Positions 1-15,204 of a stretch of DNA of 64,000 nucleotides are shown here, in pieces. Position numbers and translations under genes: made by a program. The notes under the pieces were generated by a model that did no database searches, was not told where the DNA came from, and saw nothing but the letters and a program-made list of their open reading frames with translations. Origin of the DNA: the human T2T-CHM13v2.0 reference genome, Homo sapiens; assembly GCF_009914755.1 (NCBI RefSeq), contig NC_060933.1. One strand, given 5' to 3'. The stretch's first letter is position 1. Each line of letters starts with the position of its first letter.

Positions 1-396
1 ACATTCATTTATGAACTAAACTAGTTGGTATTTACTCGTAATGTGGAGTAATCCTTGGGGAAATTTGACTCATTGTTCTTTGGAGTCAGTACTATACACT
101 GCATTTTTAAAAAATGTATTTATACTTGTCAACCCTCTTCCTAGGAATACTTGTATTAGAAAGTATCATTTCCCTCTTGTTTTAGCCAAGTACCAAATTA
201 CTCAAGGGACTTTTTGTATACATTATTTATGTAGTAAGTCAAAGGGCAAAGAAAATAAGATGAATTGGATTGATTTCATCTGCTTTTTATTATTTGAGGA
301 GTGACTCAACCTTTTTTATCTTTTCATACACACAGTTTGCTTAACTTAAAATCAGCTTTAACTTTAAATGTCCAAAGAAATATGGTACTGTATTCC

Positions 397-756
397 TGTT
401 TTGGGTTCACTGTGTCCCCTAAAGTTCATGTGTTAGTAATTCAATACCGAATGCAACACTGTTGATAGGTGGTACCTTTAAAAGGGGGACTAATGGTGTT
501 ATCATGGAGGTGGGCTAGTTATCACAGGAGTGGGTTCCTGATAAAAGAATGAGTTTGAATCTTTCTATCTTGCTCTTGCTCTTACCCTCTCTTGCCCTTC
601 TGCCTTGGAATGACACAGCAAGAATGCCCTCACCTGATGCAGGTTCAAAGACCTTCGACTTCTCAGCTTCTAGAACTGCAAGAAAAAAAATCTATTGTTT
701 ATCAATTACCCAGTCTCAGTTACTCTGCTACAGAAGCACAAAACATACTAAATCCA
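397..756 (+). mobile_element. ERVL-MaLR solo LTR (MSTC/MSTD/MLT1A-like)
   Basis: Starts with the MST-type 'tgtgtcccctaaagttcatgtgtt...aatgcaacactgttg' and ends '...aattacccagtctcag...cacaaaacatactaa'. Confidence 0.8.
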
Positions 757-1105
757 TCTTTAAAGTTAAATTTGATGAGTATGACCACATAGCCAATAAA
801 TGAACAGGTAAATAATAAAACTTTACTAAAGTTATAGTTTTTCCATATAAAAAGAGGAAGTGGCTTCTCAAGATCAAATAAAATACAAAGGTAATTATAA
901 CTTTTATTGCCTTGAAAAAGAGTTGATCAAAATAAAAGTCTTATAAGACAAACTCCTCCTGATCATTAAATATAGCAATGACAATAGATTCTAAGAAAGA
1001 GTCATTGGAGGCTTGAACCTGCTAAGAAAGATTTTGAAGACTTGGATAGCAGTTGAGACATTTCAGCTCCTAAAATCTTGAAGAGCACATGCAAAATAAT
1101 AATAT

Positions 1106-2510
1106 TGGGCCCTTATCTTACACCATACGCAACATTAACTAAAAACGAATTATAGACTTTAATGTGAGACCTCGAACTGTAAAACTCCTATAAGAAAACA
1201 TGGGGGAAAAGTTTCATGATATTGGTCTTGGCATTGATCTTGTTTATGACACCAAAAGCACAGAAACAAAAGCAAAAATAGACTAGTGGAACCACATCAA
1301 ACTAAAAAGCTTTTGCACAGCAAAGGAAGCAATCAATAATACACAGACAACCTGTGAAATGGGAGAAAATAGATTTACACACCATATATTGAATAAGAGG
1401 TTAACATAAAAAATATATAAGGAATTCCTACAACTCTGTAGCAAAAAAAATCCCCCAAATAATCAGATTAAAAAATGACAAAGGCCTTACAGCGACTTTT
1501 TCCCAAAGCAGACATACAGATGACCAGAAGGCATTTGAAAAATTGTTCAACACCACTAATGATCAGGGAAATGCAAATCAAAACCACAATGAAATATTAC
1601 TTCTTACCTGACAGGATAGCTATTATCAAAAGAGCACAAGTATTGGCAAGGAAGTAAAGAAACTGGAAACTTTTTACACTGTTTCTGAGAATATAAATTG
1701 ATGTAGTCATTGTGGAGGTCCCTGAAAAATTTAAAATAGAACTACCATCTTATCCAGAAGTCTTACATCTGAGTTTATATCCAAAAGAATCAGAATCTTG
1801 AGATACCTGCATGCCCATGTTCACTGAAACATTATTCATAATAGCTAAGACATGAAAACAACACAAATGCCCATCAGATGATAAATCGATAAAGGAAAAT
1901 GACATACACATACAACAAAATACTACTCAGCCTTAGAAAATAAGAGAATCCTGGCATATGCAAGGAAATGGATGAACTCGGAGGATATTATGCTAAGTGA
2001 AATAAACCAGTCATAAAAGGACAAATACTGCATGATTCCACTTACATGAAGTATCTAAAATAGTCAAATTCATGCAAGCAGAAAATAGAATGCTGGTTAC
2101 CAGGGGCTGGGTGAAGGGGGAAGTGGGGAGTTGTGTTCAATGGGTATAAAGTTTCAGTGTGAAAGATAAATAAGTTCTAGAGATCTGATGCACAACATAC
2201 CTAAGACTAACAATACTGTTTGTGTACTTAAAACACTTGTTGATAGGGTATACCGGGTATTAAGGTTTTTTTTAAATTTTTTATTTTATTATTATTTTTT
2301 TAACCACAAAACCACACTCACACACTAAAAACTCCAAAGAGATATAAGGAAACTTTTGGAGGTGATGGATATGCTTACCTTGATTGTGGTGATGATTTCA
2401 CAGGCACATGCATATGTTCAAATTCATCAAACTGTATATGTTAAATATCAGTATTTTATTTGTTTATCAGTTTTACCCAGAGGTGTTAATTTTATTTAAA
2501 AAGAAAAAAA
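1106..2510 (+). mobile_element. 5'-truncated L1 (L1MA9/L1MB-like): ORF2 3' end plus 3'UTR
   Basis: ORF 1475-1657 resembles the L1 ORF2p C-terminus ([13 protein letters not shown]). 3'UTR motifs 'aataagttctagagatctg' and 'aacttttggaggtgatggatatg'; ends A-rich. Confidence 0.9.
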
Positions 2511-2925
2511 GTACACAGTTTACAGAATTTTTTTGACTCCATGAAATTTTCTAGTCATTTTCCGAGTTGCTTTGGAACTATATGGGTACAGATTGAGACA
2601 CATATTATGTTCAGAAAACATACTTTTTGTGAATTTCTTAAGGGAGTTGGTGCTTAGGGTATAGACTATTTCGTTGCTTGTAGACTTGCCTCTGTTTCTT
2701 GTACTTTGTGTCTATGAAATTGATTCTCTGATATTTTTATGTATGCCAGTGACCAATTGGAAATTTAGAAAGAGGAAAGAGAAACCCATGAAAGAACCCA
2801 TTAATAACCTCATAATGAATCCAGCTTTCAAAGTGTTGAATCAGGCACAGCAGACTGTGGAGATGACTCAAGCTACAGCTGCTGTTAGTGGGATCCAAAT
2901 TCAGTGTAGACTCTTAATTAATTTT

Positions 2926-3254
2926 GTAAAGGACAAAATGCCCTCAATAAGGAGATACTTTTATTCAGGTCACTGAAATAGGGATGACATTCATAGGGAA
3001 CATGTCAAAGAAGAGGGAGAAGATGTGGGGCTTTATAGAGACAGATAAATAAGGAGGTCGCTTGAAAGGGTGGACAGCAAGTCTCCACTCAGAAGGGTGA
3101 AGGGATTATTTTGGGATGTACAAGATTAAAGAAGTATTTTTTGGTTAGCTATTACTTGGAATAAAAAAAAGTATTTACAGAGTGGTGGTAGATTTCACAA
3201 CAATCTTTGCTGCTTTTGGGGAACACACAGCTTAGATAAGGTTCAACATTGTCA
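2926..3254. mobile_element. Possible old LTR fragment (family unresolved)
   Basis: TG...CA-bounded ~330 bp segment with a reverse-strand AATAAA ('tttatt') near its left end. Impression only. Confidence 0.25.
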
Positions 3255-4436
3255 CTTGCTCTCAAATTAGGCCAGAAAAGAAGGAATTTAGTCTAGAGAG
3301 GAGAATATTTAGTCTTAATTTTTATGTTTTAAGACTTTTAAATTGGCTCTATTTTTCCATATTACTTGAGAACAGAAGGAAAGGAAATTGTTTTGATAAT
3401 AACAGGGGATCATAGTTACTATTATTTTAAATTTGAAGATTTGAATTTTTTTTTCCACGTGATATATTTTATTTGGGACTAGTTGTCTCCCTGTCCTCAT
3501 GACTGTCTTGTATACTTGCATCTATAAAATCTCAGGTTTTCTCCCATTTCTTTGACACATTCTTCTTTAGCAAACATTCTCTCTATTCCTGTCATCTGAA
3601 TAAAATTATCTCCTTAGTGACTGGGCCAATTTATTTTTCACAGATCGATTAAGAACCTGCAATGAGTTTGTAACCCATTAACAGCAGTTTGGTATAATTT
3701 GTTCCAGAAACTAAATAGGTTTGATTTCTTAGTTAGTGTAACTCTGAAATTCAAGTAAAGAATGCATTATCATAACCCATTTTTAAAGAGTTTGGGAACA
3801 ATATTATACTGACTCTCCTCCAATAGTCCCTTATTGGGAAGTACGCATTGTAGAAAATGGTGAACATAGTCAAATGAAAGTAGGATTGGTAGGGCTTTGG
3901 TATCTCTAGTTTTCCCCTTGGGTTATATAGTCTGGTTATGCTCTGATTAAACAAAGTCTTGAATAGGAAACTCAAGTTTCCATTAAAGAGAGCAAAATAG
4001 GGAACAATAGTCCTCTCAGAGAAAAGGACTTTCCCAGGAAATACCTATCTTTTCCTTTTCTCTTTTCTTCTTCCCCCTTTCTTTGAAGACGTTATTAATT
4101 TAACCAGTTAAATTCCAAAACACTGAGTAGAAGAATGCACTTATAAATAACAACAATGTGCATTCAAAGTCTAAAGAGGATGTAGTTTCTCTCCTTTTTT
4201 TTTAATTAAAATAAGAAGACCCAGGATCTGCTACTCAGGCCAGTTCAGGACATCTTTTTCCAGAGCCTGCCCTTGTCCTTAATACCTCCTTCCATGCAGA
4301 TGAAGGTGCTTAGATTCAAATTTGAGCAAGGAAGGGATTAAGGGTAGGGGTATTTCATGGGGCTGACAGGTGAGGAGACTTTTTAGGTTACATCTGAAGC
4401 TGCAGGCTACAGTCACACTTCTCTGGATTAGCCCAG

Positions 4437-4872
4437 TGTCTTAGTTTCCTAGGGCTGCTGTAACCAAGTATATCATAAACTGGATTATTTTAAACAACAG
4501 TAATTTTTTCTTTGATTCATTGTGGATGCTAGAAGTCTGAAATTAAGATATCAGCAGACCTATGCTCCCTCCAAAGGCTCTAGGGAAGAATTCTTCCTTG
4601 CCTCTTCCTAACTTCTGGTGACTCTAGGACATTCGTTGATTATAGCTTTGTTTCTCCAATTTCTGTCTATGTTGTTACATGACTTTATTCCTTGTATGTC
4701 TTCACATAGCCTTTTTATAAAGACATCAGTCTTTGGATTTATTGTTCAATCTAATCAATTATGACTTCATCTTAACTAATTACCTCAGCAAAGACCTTAT
4801 TTTCATATAAAGTCACAGTCTGAAGTTCCAACTGGTCATGAATTTTGGGGGGACACTGTTCAACACAGTACA
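4437..4872 (-). mobile_element. MLT1 (B/C/D-like) MaLR solo LTR
   Basis: 'tgtcttagtttcctagggctgctgtaac...ctagaagtctgaaattaag...gggggacactgttcaacacagtaca' matches the reverse of the MLT1 consensus. Confidence 0.9.
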
Positions 4873-5456
4873 TGGGCCGATAACTAATTGTTACTTTGCC
4901 TTTTTTTGCACTTTCTTGTGTGTGTATCTCTTACTCAATAATTTTATTATTGAGAATCATTTCTACAGGCATTGAAATCAGTGGCATTTATGGCTTTCCT
5001 TGCTCACAGGCTTAGTATGATTTTGGGAAAAAATTTCTCAAGCAGTGTTACAAGTGTTTACAAGAAGTGGCCTCTGGTGGGTAGAAGTGAATGCAAGAGA
5101 GATGTAGGTGAATCACTGGCAATGACTGCTACAAGAATCCTTCTTTTAAATTCTATTTTTTCTGTATAACATGATTTTACATTTTTTAAAGTAGATGTGT
5201 ACCTTCTCCTCATTAAAGTTCAGAAAAATAAATATTATTTATATGAATAGCATGTTTTTATAATTTGAGTAGTCAACTGACCATACAAGGTAACTAATGT
5301 CACAAAGCACTAAAAATAAACTTTTCTAAAACTGATGTTATTAATTTTGGTAGACATCACCACCATCCATTTTAAAATTACTATTAAAGTAATAATTTCA
5401 TAAAACAAGATATCTCAATTACATTGTTTTTCTCTTAATAAAGAATATATATCTTA

Positions 5457-5751
5457 GGCCTAGCACAGTGGGTTGCCCCTGTAATCCCAGCACTTTGGGA
5501 GGCTGGGGCAGGAGGATAGCTTTAGCCCAGGAGTTTGAGATCAGCTTGGGAAACATGGCAAAATCCTATCTCTACCAAAAATACAAAATTAGCCAGGTGT
5601 GGTGGTGTGCAACTCTGTTCCAGCTATTCAGTGAGGTGAGGTAGGAGGATTACCTGCACCCAGCATATCCAGGCTGTGGTGATTACACCTCTATACTACA
5701 ACCTGGGCAACACAGTGAGACCCTGTCTCAAAAAAAAAAAAAAAAAAAAAA
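5457..5751 (+). mobile_element. AluJ SINE, full length
   Basis: J-type 'ggaggatagctttagcccaggagtttgag', A tail, degenerate TSD aagaatatatatctta / aagaatgtatatccta. Confidence 0.95.
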
Positions 5752-6949
5752 GAATGTATATCCTATACCACGCTGGAAATATCACACTTCAAAGCTATGC
5801 AATTTTAATAGTATGTTATTAAATTGGTTCAAAGTACATATTTGATTGTATTTGCCTCTTTTTTTCTTTCACCAAACTTTATATCAACCATTAAATATAG
5901 CATACAATTTTAGTATGTTGATTGTGTACTCATTTGTGTTTAAAGCAGATCCAAACAAGTTGTCAGGAAAGAACCCTGTTTCCATCAAGTACAACTCAGA
6001 GCAGAGGTAGAATGGCATTATGTTTGATTAACATACTTTTCACAAAAACGTATTAACCCACAGCACACTTATTTACTAGGATGTGTAGCCTTTGTTCAAA
6101 CTGGGATTAAAAATCAGAAATACAGTTATAATTCAGGGACATAATTTTGAATGCACTGTTACCCAATATTTATGAAAAGCTTAGTTGAGATAATGTCACT
6201 TAAGGATGTTTGCTAGAAAGGCATGTAGTCCATTTTTCTTAATCTAGATTTATCATATTAATTCAGATCACTGGAGAACTGAGTTCTTAGACCACCTTCT
6301 ATTTCTCTGACATATCCCTTCAGACAGTTGTCTTTACTCTGCTTTCCTTTATTTTGAGGTTTTATTTAAAAATATGAAACACTATATCCACTGAAACAAT
6401 ATTGAAAATCATTTAGCCCATTTTATGTACTATTGTCTTTATGTGTATGCACAGAAAAATTCTTTTCTGATACAAATAATATATTTATGCAAGTGGACAA
6501 AATGAGCATTAGAGTAGATAGATCATAATTACAGGTATAAAAATATGTAAATCCTTATTATATTCATCATTAGCTACATTTTTGTCTTCACTTTTCCTAC
6601 TCCCTTGCCTTTTTTCTTATAATTTAATTCCACTTTTAATTTTATAGTATAGTTATATCTTATATAGTTATCTCAGTGACCTTAAATTATTTAGAAAAAA
6701 GAAAGTTTTAAAATAAGGCATGTGTGCTTATATATATAACTATGAAAGCATAGAGCCTCATATGCTTAACAAAAAATAAAAAAGCAAGCGAACAAAAAGA
6801 TGAAGAATTGTTACTTGTAAGCAGCAATCAAGGTATGCAGTGAAAGTTTAAAAACATATTCTTGCTGTGTGTAGATTTCTTCTATTATTTTCTGAAGATG
6901 TTAGTTCTTTGTATCTACATTGATTCAGGTATCCAAGGATATGGATACA

Positions 6950-7410
6950 TGTATTAGTTTCCTAGGCCTGCTTTAACAAATTACCACAAAGCTAGACGCT
7001 TAATACAACACAAATTTATTTTCTCATAGCTCAGAAGGCTACAAGTCCGAAATCAAGATGTTGTCAAGTTTGATTCCTTCTTGAGGCTCTGAGAAGCTGT
7101 TCCATGCCTGTCTCCTAGCTTCTGGTGGCTCTGGTGATGCTTGGCAGTCGTTGACATTTCTTGATTTATAAATGCATCACTTCAATCCCTACTTCTGTCT
7201 TTTTCTTATTTTCCCTCTGTGTCTCTCTGTTTCAGTTCTCTCCCTGCTTTCTCTTATAACACCACCAGTCTTTGGATTCAGGGTCCACTCTGAATACAGC
7301 ATGATCAGTATCTTTAAATTATATCTGCCAAGACCCTTTTTCCAAAATAGGTCACTTTCTGAGGATCTGGGTGGGCATATCTTTTGAGGAGTACTCTTCA
7401 ACACATTACA
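6950..7410 (-). mobile_element. MLT1 (C/D-like) MaLR solo LTR
   Basis: 'tgtattagtttcctaggcctgc...acaaattaccacaaa...aagtccgaaatcaagatg...ttcaacacattaca'. Confidence 0.9.
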
Positions 7411-7694
7411 TTAGAATTTCCATCATGTGAGACAACTGGACAAAAATCTAAATGCATCTGTCTTTTAATAACATGTAGATATGTAGGGAACATGAAATAA
7501 TTACATATTTTAAAACCTGAAATCTCAATTCACTGATTTGATTGGTGTTGAATATGAGGCAAGAAAAGAAAAAAGACAGACAACTTTACTGATTGAGTTC
7601 GGCTATGTACTTAACCTCTTTTAAGGATAAATGCTCACCCATACTTCTTGCTGGTGAATTATATCCTTGACAATCATATTTGGTATTACATGAC

Positions 7695-8047
7695 TCATAT
7701 TGTTTGGCTTCCAACCAAATCTCATCTCTAATTGTAATCCTCACGTATTGAGGGAGGAACCTGTTAGAGGTGATTGAATCATGAGTGTGGTTCCCCTTGC
7801 TGTTCTTGTGATAAAGAGTTCTCATGACATTTGATGGCTTAAACGTGTTTGACATTTTCCCCCTCACTCTCTCTCTCTTTACAGCCATGTAACATGTGCC
7901 TTGCTTCCCCTTCACCTTCTGCCACGACTGTAAGTTTCCTGAGGCCTCCCTAGCCATGCAGAACTGTGAGTCAATTAAACCTCTTTTCTTTATAAATTAC
8001 CCAGTCTCAGGTAGTTCTTTATCACAGTGTGAAAATGGACTAATACA
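7695..8047 (+). mobile_element. THE1D/MSTA-type MaLR solo LTR
   Basis: 'ccaaatctcatct...gaggtgattgaatcatg...ctgtgagtcaattaaacctc...ggactaataca'; 5-bp TSD atgac/gtgac. Confidence 0.93.
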
Positions 8048-8394
8048 GTGACTCAACCATCAACTCTCCCATCTACTCTGAACACTGGTCAAGTATAAAA
8101 AAATGCAAAATAAGCTATGCTAATGAGATATATTTACTTCTTACAATTTGAGTCAGGAAGTATAGACAAAAAAAGATCACATAGTTGAAGCAATGAAGTT
8201 GAAGCTAAAAGGATGAAATGAGAAATGAGGTTATGGGGTAAAGAAGAGGTCATATCCCATTATGAACAGGCAAAAGTAATGAGAGAAAAACAACTAAAAT
8301 GAGTAGATCACGTAGAAGGGGGAACACACAGAAAGTGAGAAATCTGGTTGTCACTAGGTATAGAAGGAGACAACAAACATGTTCACACATGAAA

Positions 8395-8735
8395 GAATTT
8401 ACTCTTGCTATTCCCTCTGCTAAGATTGCTCTTTCTCCAGATATCATCATAGTTTATCCCCTTATTTCCTTCAGCACTATCTGCTCAAATGCCACATTTT
8501 TTCTATAGCCCATATTTGAATACCTTAAGTTAAATAAGAGCCCACCACTACCACCCTTACCACCAATGCACCACTTTCTATCCCCCTTACTTATATTTAT
8601 TTTCTTTATAGTACTTATTACTACATGTATGCACACACACATGCATACATGCACACTACTGTACCTCTAGCCACTATATGTGGCATGATAGGCACTTAGT
8701 AAAATATTGTGAAAGAAAAATGTGAATAAATAAAA
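8395..8735 (+). mobile_element. L2 LINE 3' fragment
   Basis: 'ttgctattccctctgc...ctgctcaaatgccac...taggcacttagtaaaatattgtgaa' resembles the L2 3' end. Confidence 0.75.
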
Positions 8736-10544
8736 TCTCAGAGTTTTGTGAGTCATGCTAATAAAATGAAAGGAAATTCTGAGAACGCTGTAGGGTCCTT
8801 GGAACCAGTCTTAGTGTCCTCGGGGTGATTTTATACAGTAGACCTTATTAAAATCCCACAAGACACCTGACTCAATTTTTATAATAATACTGTACTTGAT
8901 CTAGTGTGGGGAAGTCTTATTATTTGTAACCAAAGCTATATGAATTAAATATAACAAAGCTTCTTAGTGACACAGTTATGAGTGGAACCTGAATTCTACA
9001 GGCAGTTGTCTAAGTGAAGTATACTAAAAAATATATGCTACAGATAAAAACATAGAATGCATTTCACAGCCAAATATAATTTATTGGTGGAATTATCCAT
9101 TGGCTTGAGTTATCTATGCATTTACTTTGATATGTTTGAGACGAGAATCAGAATTTGACAACATTTGTAATAAATAAGGAATGTATGCTTTTGCAATAAC
9201 ATTTGTAATTCTCCAACTCGACATCGAGTTAAGAGTATTTTTCTACTTGAATTGTCAGTGGACCAAGAGTTTGTCCAATCTAGAATTTATCTGCATGAAT
9301 TTGATGAAAATCAGAGTTTACATTGCTATTTTCATGGGTATTATCAAAGGGATTTTGTTGTGAATGCATTTTTAGTTATTCAAGGGCAGTTGTTAAACCA
9401 AGTTCTATTTTTTTTCCTTCTGAAAACACTGTAATTCATTTTGTACTTTCTTAAATTAATGCATACCTTCCCTAAAATGATATTGTGTTGGGTAGATTTC
9501 CCTCTGAGAGGTCCACAATCTATTAAAGTCAGAGATGAATGGAATTTTCTACCTTAAACAGGATTAGAGAATACATTTCTGCCTTCACTGCAGAAAGGTT
9601 CTTATTCAAATTAGGCAGGGTCTTTTTTCACCTTGGGATCTCACTGCATTCACATGCATTAAAGACATCAAGAGAAAGGTCACAAACATTTCATACTCAC
9701 TTGCAAAATGTATTTTATATTTAACTTGTAGATTTGGACATATGCTTCATCCAAGGAGACATATGTCCTTTCCAAATATCTTGATTTAAAATGATATCTG
9801 ATAATGACAAATTCTCGTTAGGTCATACAAAGGACACTGATATAAACTTGCCAGACATGGTAGCTGATTTCTTCCAGTCTCCATCTATTACAAACACCAT
9901 TTATGTTAAATTGGGTTCTGATTAAGGCAGTGAATGTATTCCAAGGTAACTTTAAAAAGGGTAATTTATTGAAATATGGATATGTCTTATGTCTTTGCCT
10001 TTGTGCTTCTTTATTAATTTTTCAGTATGTTTTCTCTGTCATATCTGGGGTGGTGTACATAAAGCCTACTGAGGCATTATCAACTCCATGTCAGTCTTTC
10101 AAGTACCAACCCTTTGCTAATATGTATTTGTACAATTATTCATTTGAATCAAATTTATAAGTTTATAGCAAATAATAATCATGTGTAAACTTAGGTAAGA
10201 CCTCTGTCAAAATTCACTTCTATGAAAATATTGCCTGCTTTGGATCCTTATTCATAAAATGTTATTATCTAATATCTAACATTTCATACTTTAAAAATAT
10301 AAGCACAAGCCCTCTTACTGAGAGAAATAATAACAGGCTGTAATAATGAATAACTTATTTAAACAAATGTTTGTATTTGACAATAAAACAGAGATCATAA
10401 TTAATATTTGATAGCTATGTCCCCATTATAGGTGTAAATTCAAGTTTTCTTTTTTCCTCAGGGACAAATATACTAGTTAAGTAAGTCTCAGTTTTTGAAT
10501 GTTTTATATATATATAAAAAAAACATTCAAATGTATGTATATAT

Positions 10545-10548
<4 letters not shown>

Positions 10549-10585
<37 letters not shown>
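10549..10585. repeat. (AT)n microsatellite, ~18 units
   Basis: Read directly; followed by a short (AG)n. Confidence 0.97.
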
Positions 10586-10586
<1 letters not shown>

Positions 10587-11139
10587 GTAAAGAGAGAGAG
10601 AGAAAAACAGAGAATATCTATCACTAAATTTCATTTGTCTGTAGTACAAACTCTCTTATTTTGAGAAAACTTTAAATTGTTGACTTTGATTTTAAAGGTC
10701 TGGACTATTCCACCATACATTTTTAGATAAATTAAAATCAGTGAGAGTGCCTACCCATAATATTTGTAGTATACTTGTAATTTGCCAAAAATCCTATTTC
10801 ATTCAGATTTCTCTGATTTATACATGTGATTTGAAAAAGTTATTGTTTTTTAAAATAATAGGTTGTTATTATAATATGAACCTCTAGGACTTTTCACAAA
10901 CTCAAGTCAATCATCCTTGGAAAAGATGTTATATTATATAATATATTTTGACATTTCACCGTCATGATTTCTATGTTAGATGGTCTAATACACTTTGAAG
11001 CCTATCTATCTATTTTTTTAAAAAAAACCTTACTTGCTTTTTCCACATTTCTGTTGATACAATCCTTTTTTGGTTTTGTTTCCTATAATGTATTGTCTAA
11101 GAAGCTGTAAAATGTCTGGGTGAAATTAATGCATGGTGA

Positions 11140-11360
11140 AACATAGTGCAACACAAGAAGTATTGTCTTGAAGTCAGAAAAATCTGGGATGAGATATAGG
11201 CTCACAAATTATACAGTCCTAGTAAAAAGATTTAACCTTTTAAAATCTGTTTTCTTATCTTTAAGATAGGAATAATAATAATATCTAACTCACTGGTCTA
11301 TTGTGGCATCAACTAAAATAATGTAAGAAAAGGGCTAAATATAGTACCTTGCCCAAGCAG
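11140..11360 (+). mobile_element. MIR SINE
   Basis: Core-like 'tttaacctt...ctgttttcttatctttaagataggaataataata' and 'aataatgtaagaaaagggct'. Confidence 0.7.
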
Positions 11361-13184
11361 TCTATGAAGTTCAGTTCCTTCTTTTTTCCAAAATTTTTCT
11401 TGTTCTTCCCACAAAGACTACATGAAACAAGGCACAGGTGTTTGCCTCTGTGGTTTTCTGTTTGGTTTTGTTTTGGTTTCTGTGCTTTGTAGCTTGTAAT
11501 AAACAAAACAACAAAAAACCCTTTAGGATATTTTCCAAAGGTGTTATTTTGGGGCCAAATATGTTTGAAACTGTTCAACAATGTATCAAGGAAAAATAGA
11601 AATCTTTGTTGGATACAAAAAGGGTGACTACAGAAAAGTCAGTGAGCAGGAGAAACAGAATTTCACATAGACCAGGTGTTGTAAACCTCAAGTAAGACAA
11701 GGTTAGATGGGCTCTGATAGCTGAAGTGGCAACCATTAATCTTGGAAAACCGTCAGTTAACATAAGAAAGAATAAAGGCACAATCAAATATCAGGTGTTA
11801 GGATAGTTTATAGAAGGAACAAAGTGAAGAATACAGGATAATTTGTAAATTTTGTAAATGAAGCCGAGAGAGGTTAGTAGCAAGATAACAGTAAGTGATG
11901 GAAATGGGCGCATTCTGATGCAAGTATGATAAAGAGTCTCATTACCGGTAGGACTGCTTTTAAAAGATAAAGTGACTGTTCTTTATGTTATTATGAGTGC
12001 AAGTGGAATCTAAAAGAATACTTTGAAAAAATAACAAAGTGATTAAGAGGGACTTGTCCATATCTGCAGTCCTCATAGCTTTTAAAACCTGGACAAGAGC
12101 AAGACAACATGGCAATTCTACTGTCTGCTTTGTAGACTACTTAATTCAGGCTACAACAGTCCCATTGGTGTCTAGAAACATAGATCTTCCCTAATTTTTC
12201 TCCCTAGAAGTTAAAAGGGTTTTGGAGAGGAGTCTGTTGTACCATTGCCTAGAACACAGCATAGGTAGGTGTCTCTGATATCTCATATTTCTGTATGCAT
12301 GTTAGTTTTGTGTTTCAACCTATGACCAATGGTGAAACTACTAATTATTTACATAACCTATAACTTAAGAAAAATTTTACAGTTCAGCCTTTATAATTTG
12401 GGACAGTATTACACATTGAAGAACATAACATGTAATTTTCAACTTTTATTTTGGTAATGCTGTGATTCTGATTTTAAAATGTAGACGGAGCCATTAGAAC
12501 CACGTGATATAAATGTATTCTCAGTTAGAAATAATAGTGAAAAATGTAGCTTACATTGTTTCTGATCACAAGGTTAAATTAGTTATCAACTGGTTAATCT
12601 GAGCCTTGCATTAATTATTGATAACATGTGAGAGTACCTCCCTTCTAACAGGATAATGGGTATATATTTCATACTCAATGATTGATTTGCGTATTATTTT
12701 CAAAATATTATTATCTTTAAATGACTTATAGTGAATCAAAATATTGCCATAGAATGGTATATGCATAGGCTTTTCTAATCAGTCATTGATTTTTCTATTG
12801 ATTTTCCCATATTTTTATAAGATTTTTCTATCTAACATGAAATGATGGCTGTTGAAAACATGCTGCAAACCATAAAAGACTTTATACAAATGCAAAGAGT
12901 TCCTCTTATTTTCTACTAAAATGCAAGTAGTGAATTTTTATGTGTATATTTGATTTTAAATATATCATAGCAATTTGGTAGACTGGGATTTCACTACTCA
13001 CCAATTCAGTTTTCCAAATTATGTTTGTTCCATTATGCCTATTAAAAACTTTTCTTTTGCCTTCCATAATGCTTTCTATTGCTACCAGGGGACCCAAAAT
13101 GAAAAGCTCAGGAAAAAAAAGGAAGAAAAGTTAGTAAGTTATTATGGGTTATTATGTCAGGCTATGGCATGTTGAAATGGTATG

Positions 13185-13257
13185 ATTAAAAATTTTTAAA
13201 GGTCACAAATTTCTGCAATCCCTGCAATCACATCCCATTTAACTGAGATTTTGCTAC
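13185..13257 (+). mobile_element. MLT1F/G-like LTR, 5' part (interrupted by L1MA)
   Basis: 'ggtcacaaatttctgcaatccctgcaatcacatcc...gagattttgc' resembles the MLT1F/G 5' region, which resumes near 14150. Confidence 0.55.
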
Positions 13258-14148
<891 letters not shown>

Positions 14149-14149
14149 A

Positions 14150-14518
14150 AAAAGATACGGAATCTATTTCTCTAAGTCTTAAATCTGGGTTTGGTCTTGT
14201 TACTTGTTTTGATAATGGATATTAGCACATAGGTGTTTGCTTTCTTATGCACTGATTAAATGCTGAGACTGCTTGGCAAAGAAGCCTAGAGTAGCCTTCT
14301 GAAGGGTGAGAAGCCATGAAGAGCAGAGACAAGCCAACCTAGGTGAGCCTAGACCAACCAGCGTGACAACTTCCATAAAATGAGTGAGGCCATCCTAGAC
14401 CATCTAGTGCCCTCAAAGCTGTCCCAAACCAGAAAATCTAAAGAATTATCAGAAATTCTAATTTTTTGGTTTAATATTTTGAAACGGTTTGTTATATATT
14501 AAAGGCCTATTAATACAG
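14150..14518 (+). mobile_element. MLT1F/G-like LTR, 3' part
   Basis: 'gaatctatttc...aatctgggtttggtcttgttacttgtttt...tgagtgaggccatcctagaccatc...taataca'. Confidence 0.65.
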
Positions 14519-15204
14519 ATAACACCATGTGTCTACTAAAGGAATGAGTTGTCTCTTTGAGAGTATTAATTATTTTGTTCAATTCCTAACAGCTCATAGT
14601 AAAAACAGAAGTGGAAGGAAAGAGTTTGAGTAGTAAAATGAAATAAAATGATGCTTCCTGTAATTTTCTTAAAAGATGCTTGGTGAATAGGCACTTTAAA
14701 GAGTCTCTGTGTCATGAGAATTTGTAAGATGCATCCATAGGGAAACCTTAAAGAGTATATTAGACCAACAAGAAAGAAGGAATATCAAGAGGATTGTTGA
14801 AATACTCTGTAGAATAAATGTTTTGTTCTATGTTTAGGCTCCAGACTAAAAGAATGCCTTTTCCATAAATAACATGTGAAAATGGATCTTTCTATAGAAT
14901 GAAGTAAAAAAGAAATTATGAGATTCATATTTATGCTCTAGTTCAGTTTCATAATTGACAAATATTAATTTAAAAAGGAAAACAATCCAGTAACTTTGGG
15001 AGGAACTAGTCAAAATGAGTAAGTTTGTTGAGAATGAAATGTGACTCTGAAGAAAGAGTTGTAATATCGGACAAATTTCCTACTATGGTGCTTATTTCTT
15101 GGCTTTAAAGTATCTGCAGTTCTGTTAGTTTCAAATTTTTCCCTAGGTGTCAAAAACCTAACTTTCTTAAAGTGTAAAAGGAAATTTGTCACTTTATATA
15201 AGTG

